Part shown: positions 62,359-64,000 of the stretch, one piece after another
Layout of the letters: each line of letters starts with the position of its first letter
How positions within the stretch are numbered: the first letter of the stretch is position 1
Origin: an uncultured Collinsella sp.
GTDB taxonomy: Bacteria; Actinomycetota; Coriobacteriia; Coriobacteriales; Coriobacteriaceae
Assembly: GCA_958346515.1 (NCBI GenBank)
Contig: CATVRV010000001.1
Location: 24,193 to 88,192, forward strand
DNA length: 64,000 nt
Direction of reading: 5' to 3'
The notes under the pieces: model-generated
Databases searched by the model: none
What the model was told of the DNA's origin: nothing
Seen by the model: the letters and a program-made list of their open reading frames with translations, nothing else
Translations under genes and position numbers: made by a program

Positions 62359-63579
62359 ATGGCAAATAAGAAAAAGAACTCCGAGGCCGCGCCGACGCCC
62401 GAGCAGCAGGCCCGCGCTGCCTCCAGCTCTCGCAAGAAGCAGCGCAAGACGTACGTGTCTAAGACCGTCAAGATCGTCCTGGTGGTCATCGGCGTGCTGG
62501 CGATGCTGCTTTCCGTCTCGGCGATGGCGTGCTCCGGCCTTATGTCGCAGGCCGAGGACACCTCGGGCTACAAGCTGACCGGCGGTGTTGCTGCAACTAT
62601 CAACGGCACCAACCTCACCGAGGACACCGTGACCAAGCAGATCATGAGCATGCGCACGTCCAACGGCTACACCAAGGATAAGGATTGGGCGCAGTATCTG
62701 GTTGACAACGACCTCACGCCCAAGAAGTACCGCAAGCAACTCATCGACTCCTACACGCAGCAGATTCTGCTTCAACAGGCACAGAAGGAGAACGGCGTGA
62801 CGGTGTCGGACGAGGAGGTCGAGAAGGCTTGGAAGGACGCGTGCAAGAGCGCGGGCGGTGCCAAGGCCTTTAAGAAGACCCTCAAGACCTACGGCTATAC
62901 CGAGGACACCTACAAGGACTCACTCAAGGAGAGTCTGGCGCAGCAGAAACTCAAGGATGCCGTCGCGCCCACGAGCAAGCCCAAGGACAGCGAGATTGTC
63001 GATTACATCAACGAAAACCTGTCCAGCTACAACGACGCCCGCCGCTCGTCGAACATCCTGATCAAGGTTGATTCCGACGCTTCCGACGAGGACAAGGCTG
63101 CCGCCAAGGCCAAGGCGCAGGAGTGCCTGGACAAGATCAACTCCGGTGAGCTGAGCTTTGAGGACGCCGTTGAGCAGTACTCCGAGGACACCGGTTCCAA
63201 GGAGAAGAAGGGCGATGTGGGCTGGGATAAGCTCACCACTTTCGTCGACAGCTACCAGACGGCGCTCGAGGGACTCAACAAGGGCGACGTGAGCGAAGTC
63301 GTCGAGTCGACCTATGGCTACCACATCATCAAGTGCACCGACTACTTCCATGTCGATAATCAGGTTGATGACATCAACCAGGTGCCCAAGGACATCAAGA
63401 AGTATGTCTCCAACGTGGTGAAGACGCAGGCGGCCAGCACCGCGTACAGCGAGTGGCTAGAGCAGTACAAGAAGGATGCCGACATCACCGTTAATCCCAT
63501 GCCCAAAGACGTGCCATACAACGTCAGCCTGAAGGGCGTCACCAAGAGTTCGACCGACGATTCGTCGACGACTGAGTAA
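62359..63579 (+). CDS. Membrane-anchored parvulin-type peptidyl-prolyl isomerase (PrsA/SurA-like)
   Basis: N-terminal TM anchor (IVLVVIGVLAMLLSVSAMA). The SurA-N-like region is followed by a PpiC rotamase core (RRSSNILIKV...FEDAVEQYSED.GSKEKKGDVGW........ALEGLNKGDVSEVVESTYGYHIIK). I trimmed the start to the ATG at 62359. Confidence 0.85.
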   Translation: MANKKKNSEAAPTPEQQARAASSSRKKQRKTYVSKTVKIVLVVIGVLAMLLSVSAMACSGLMSQAEDTSGYKLTGGVAATINGTNLTEDTVTKQIMSMRTSNGYTKDKDWAQYLVDNDLTPKKYRKQLIDSYTQQILLQQAQKENGVTVSDEEVEKAWKDACKSAGGAKAFKKTLKTYGYTEDTYKDSLKESLAQQKLKDAVAPTSKPKDSEIVDYINENLSSYNDARRSSNILIKVDSDASDEDKAAAKAKAQECLDKINSGELSFEDAVEQYSEDTGSKEKKGDVGWDKLTTFVDSYQTALEGLNKGDVSEVVESTYGYHIIKCTDYFHVDNQVDDINQVPKDIKKYVSNVVKTQAASTAYSEWLEQYKKDADITVNPMPKDVPYNVSLKGVTKSSTDDSSTTE

Positions 63580-63633
63580 TCATGGGGCGGTGCTCGCGCG
63601 AGTGCCGCCCACGCTATTAGAGAGGATTTGCAG

Positions 63634-64000
63634 ATGACCAACGAAGAGCTGCAGAAGGAAATGATCGCGGCCATGAAGGCCAAGGACAAGGTTCGCCTGT
63701 CCATCATTCGCCAGGTTAAGGCCGAGGTGAAGAATATCGAGGTTAACGAGCGCCGCGATGTGACCGAGGAGGACGTCAACAGCATGATCAAGCGTCTGAT
63801 TAAGCAGACGAGCGAGACGCTGGAGATGTCCATCAAGGCCGGTACCGACCAGGAGCGTACCGACAACCTGACCGAGCAGGTCGAGATTCTGGAAAGTCTG
63901 CTGCCCGCGCAGGTTTCGGGCGAGGAGCTCGAGGCCCTGATCGAGCAGGTCATCGCCGAGCTGGGCGCCACGTCCAAGAAGCAGATGGGCCAGGTTATGG
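63634..64000 (+). CDS. GatB/YqeY domain protein (3' end beyond the window)
   Basis: Not in the ORF track because there is no stop in the window. My hand translation from the ATG at 63634 (after AGAGAGGA) gives MTNEELQKEMIAAMKAKDKVRLSIIRQVKAEVKNIEVNERRDVTEEDVNSMIKRLIKQ..., the YqeY pattern. Confidence 0.8.
   Translation, partial: MTNEELQKEMIAAMKAKDKVRLSIIRQVKAEVKNIEVNERRDVTEEDVNSMIKRLIKQTSETLEMSIKAGTDQERTDNLTEQVEILESLLPAQVSGEELEALIEQVIAELGATSKKQMGQVM

Overview
This window is the replication-origin neighbourhood of a high-GC Gram-positive chromosome. The gene order parB-parA-rsmG-jag-yidC-yidD-rnpA-rpmH / dnaA-dnaN-recF-DUF721-gyrB-gyrA-tRNA-Ile/Ala is the actinobacterial pattern. The protein style suggests a Coriobacteriia-like gut anaerobe, which I cannot verify here. 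About 80% of the window is recognisable housekeeping. This includes partition and membrane-insertion genes with three perfect parS sites, and an oriC split by an extra gene. It also includes gyrase, typA, rpsF-ssb-rpsR-rplI-dnaB, purA/purD, carAB, purE, purF-purM-purN, a NUDIX hydrolase, an ABC exporter, a PrsA-like PPIase and five tRNAs. Two accessory segments stand out. The first (about 20.3-27.5 kb) has an AT-rich leader, a 1250-aa isopeptide-type adhesin and a backbone pilin, but no adjacent sortase. An exported bactofilin-like membrane protein converges on it. The second (about 44.1-54.1 kb) starts with an orphan cell-wall-anchor gene remnant. It continues with a visibly AT-richer AAA/DUF4143 ATPase, a Phd/RelE toxin-antitoxin pair, a MITE-like 202-bp element and a 2143-aa wall-anchored multidomain GH31 glycosidase. 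The 3' end of that glycosidase gene is homologous to the remnant. The most unusual single gene is a GHKL-ATPase / Q-P-Y-rich prion-like / winged-helix protein inserted between rpmH and dnaA inside the origin region. Several long GC-rich palindromes sit in intergenic regions: 16246-16437, 44124-44208, 45991-46056, 54179-54266 and 61650-61705. An inverted copy of a tRNA-Ser 3' end is also unexplained by ordinary annotation. I saw no CRISPR array, no rRNA, no recognisable transposase or integrase, and no canonical defence system. All family assignments come from reading motifs by eye and need database confirmation.
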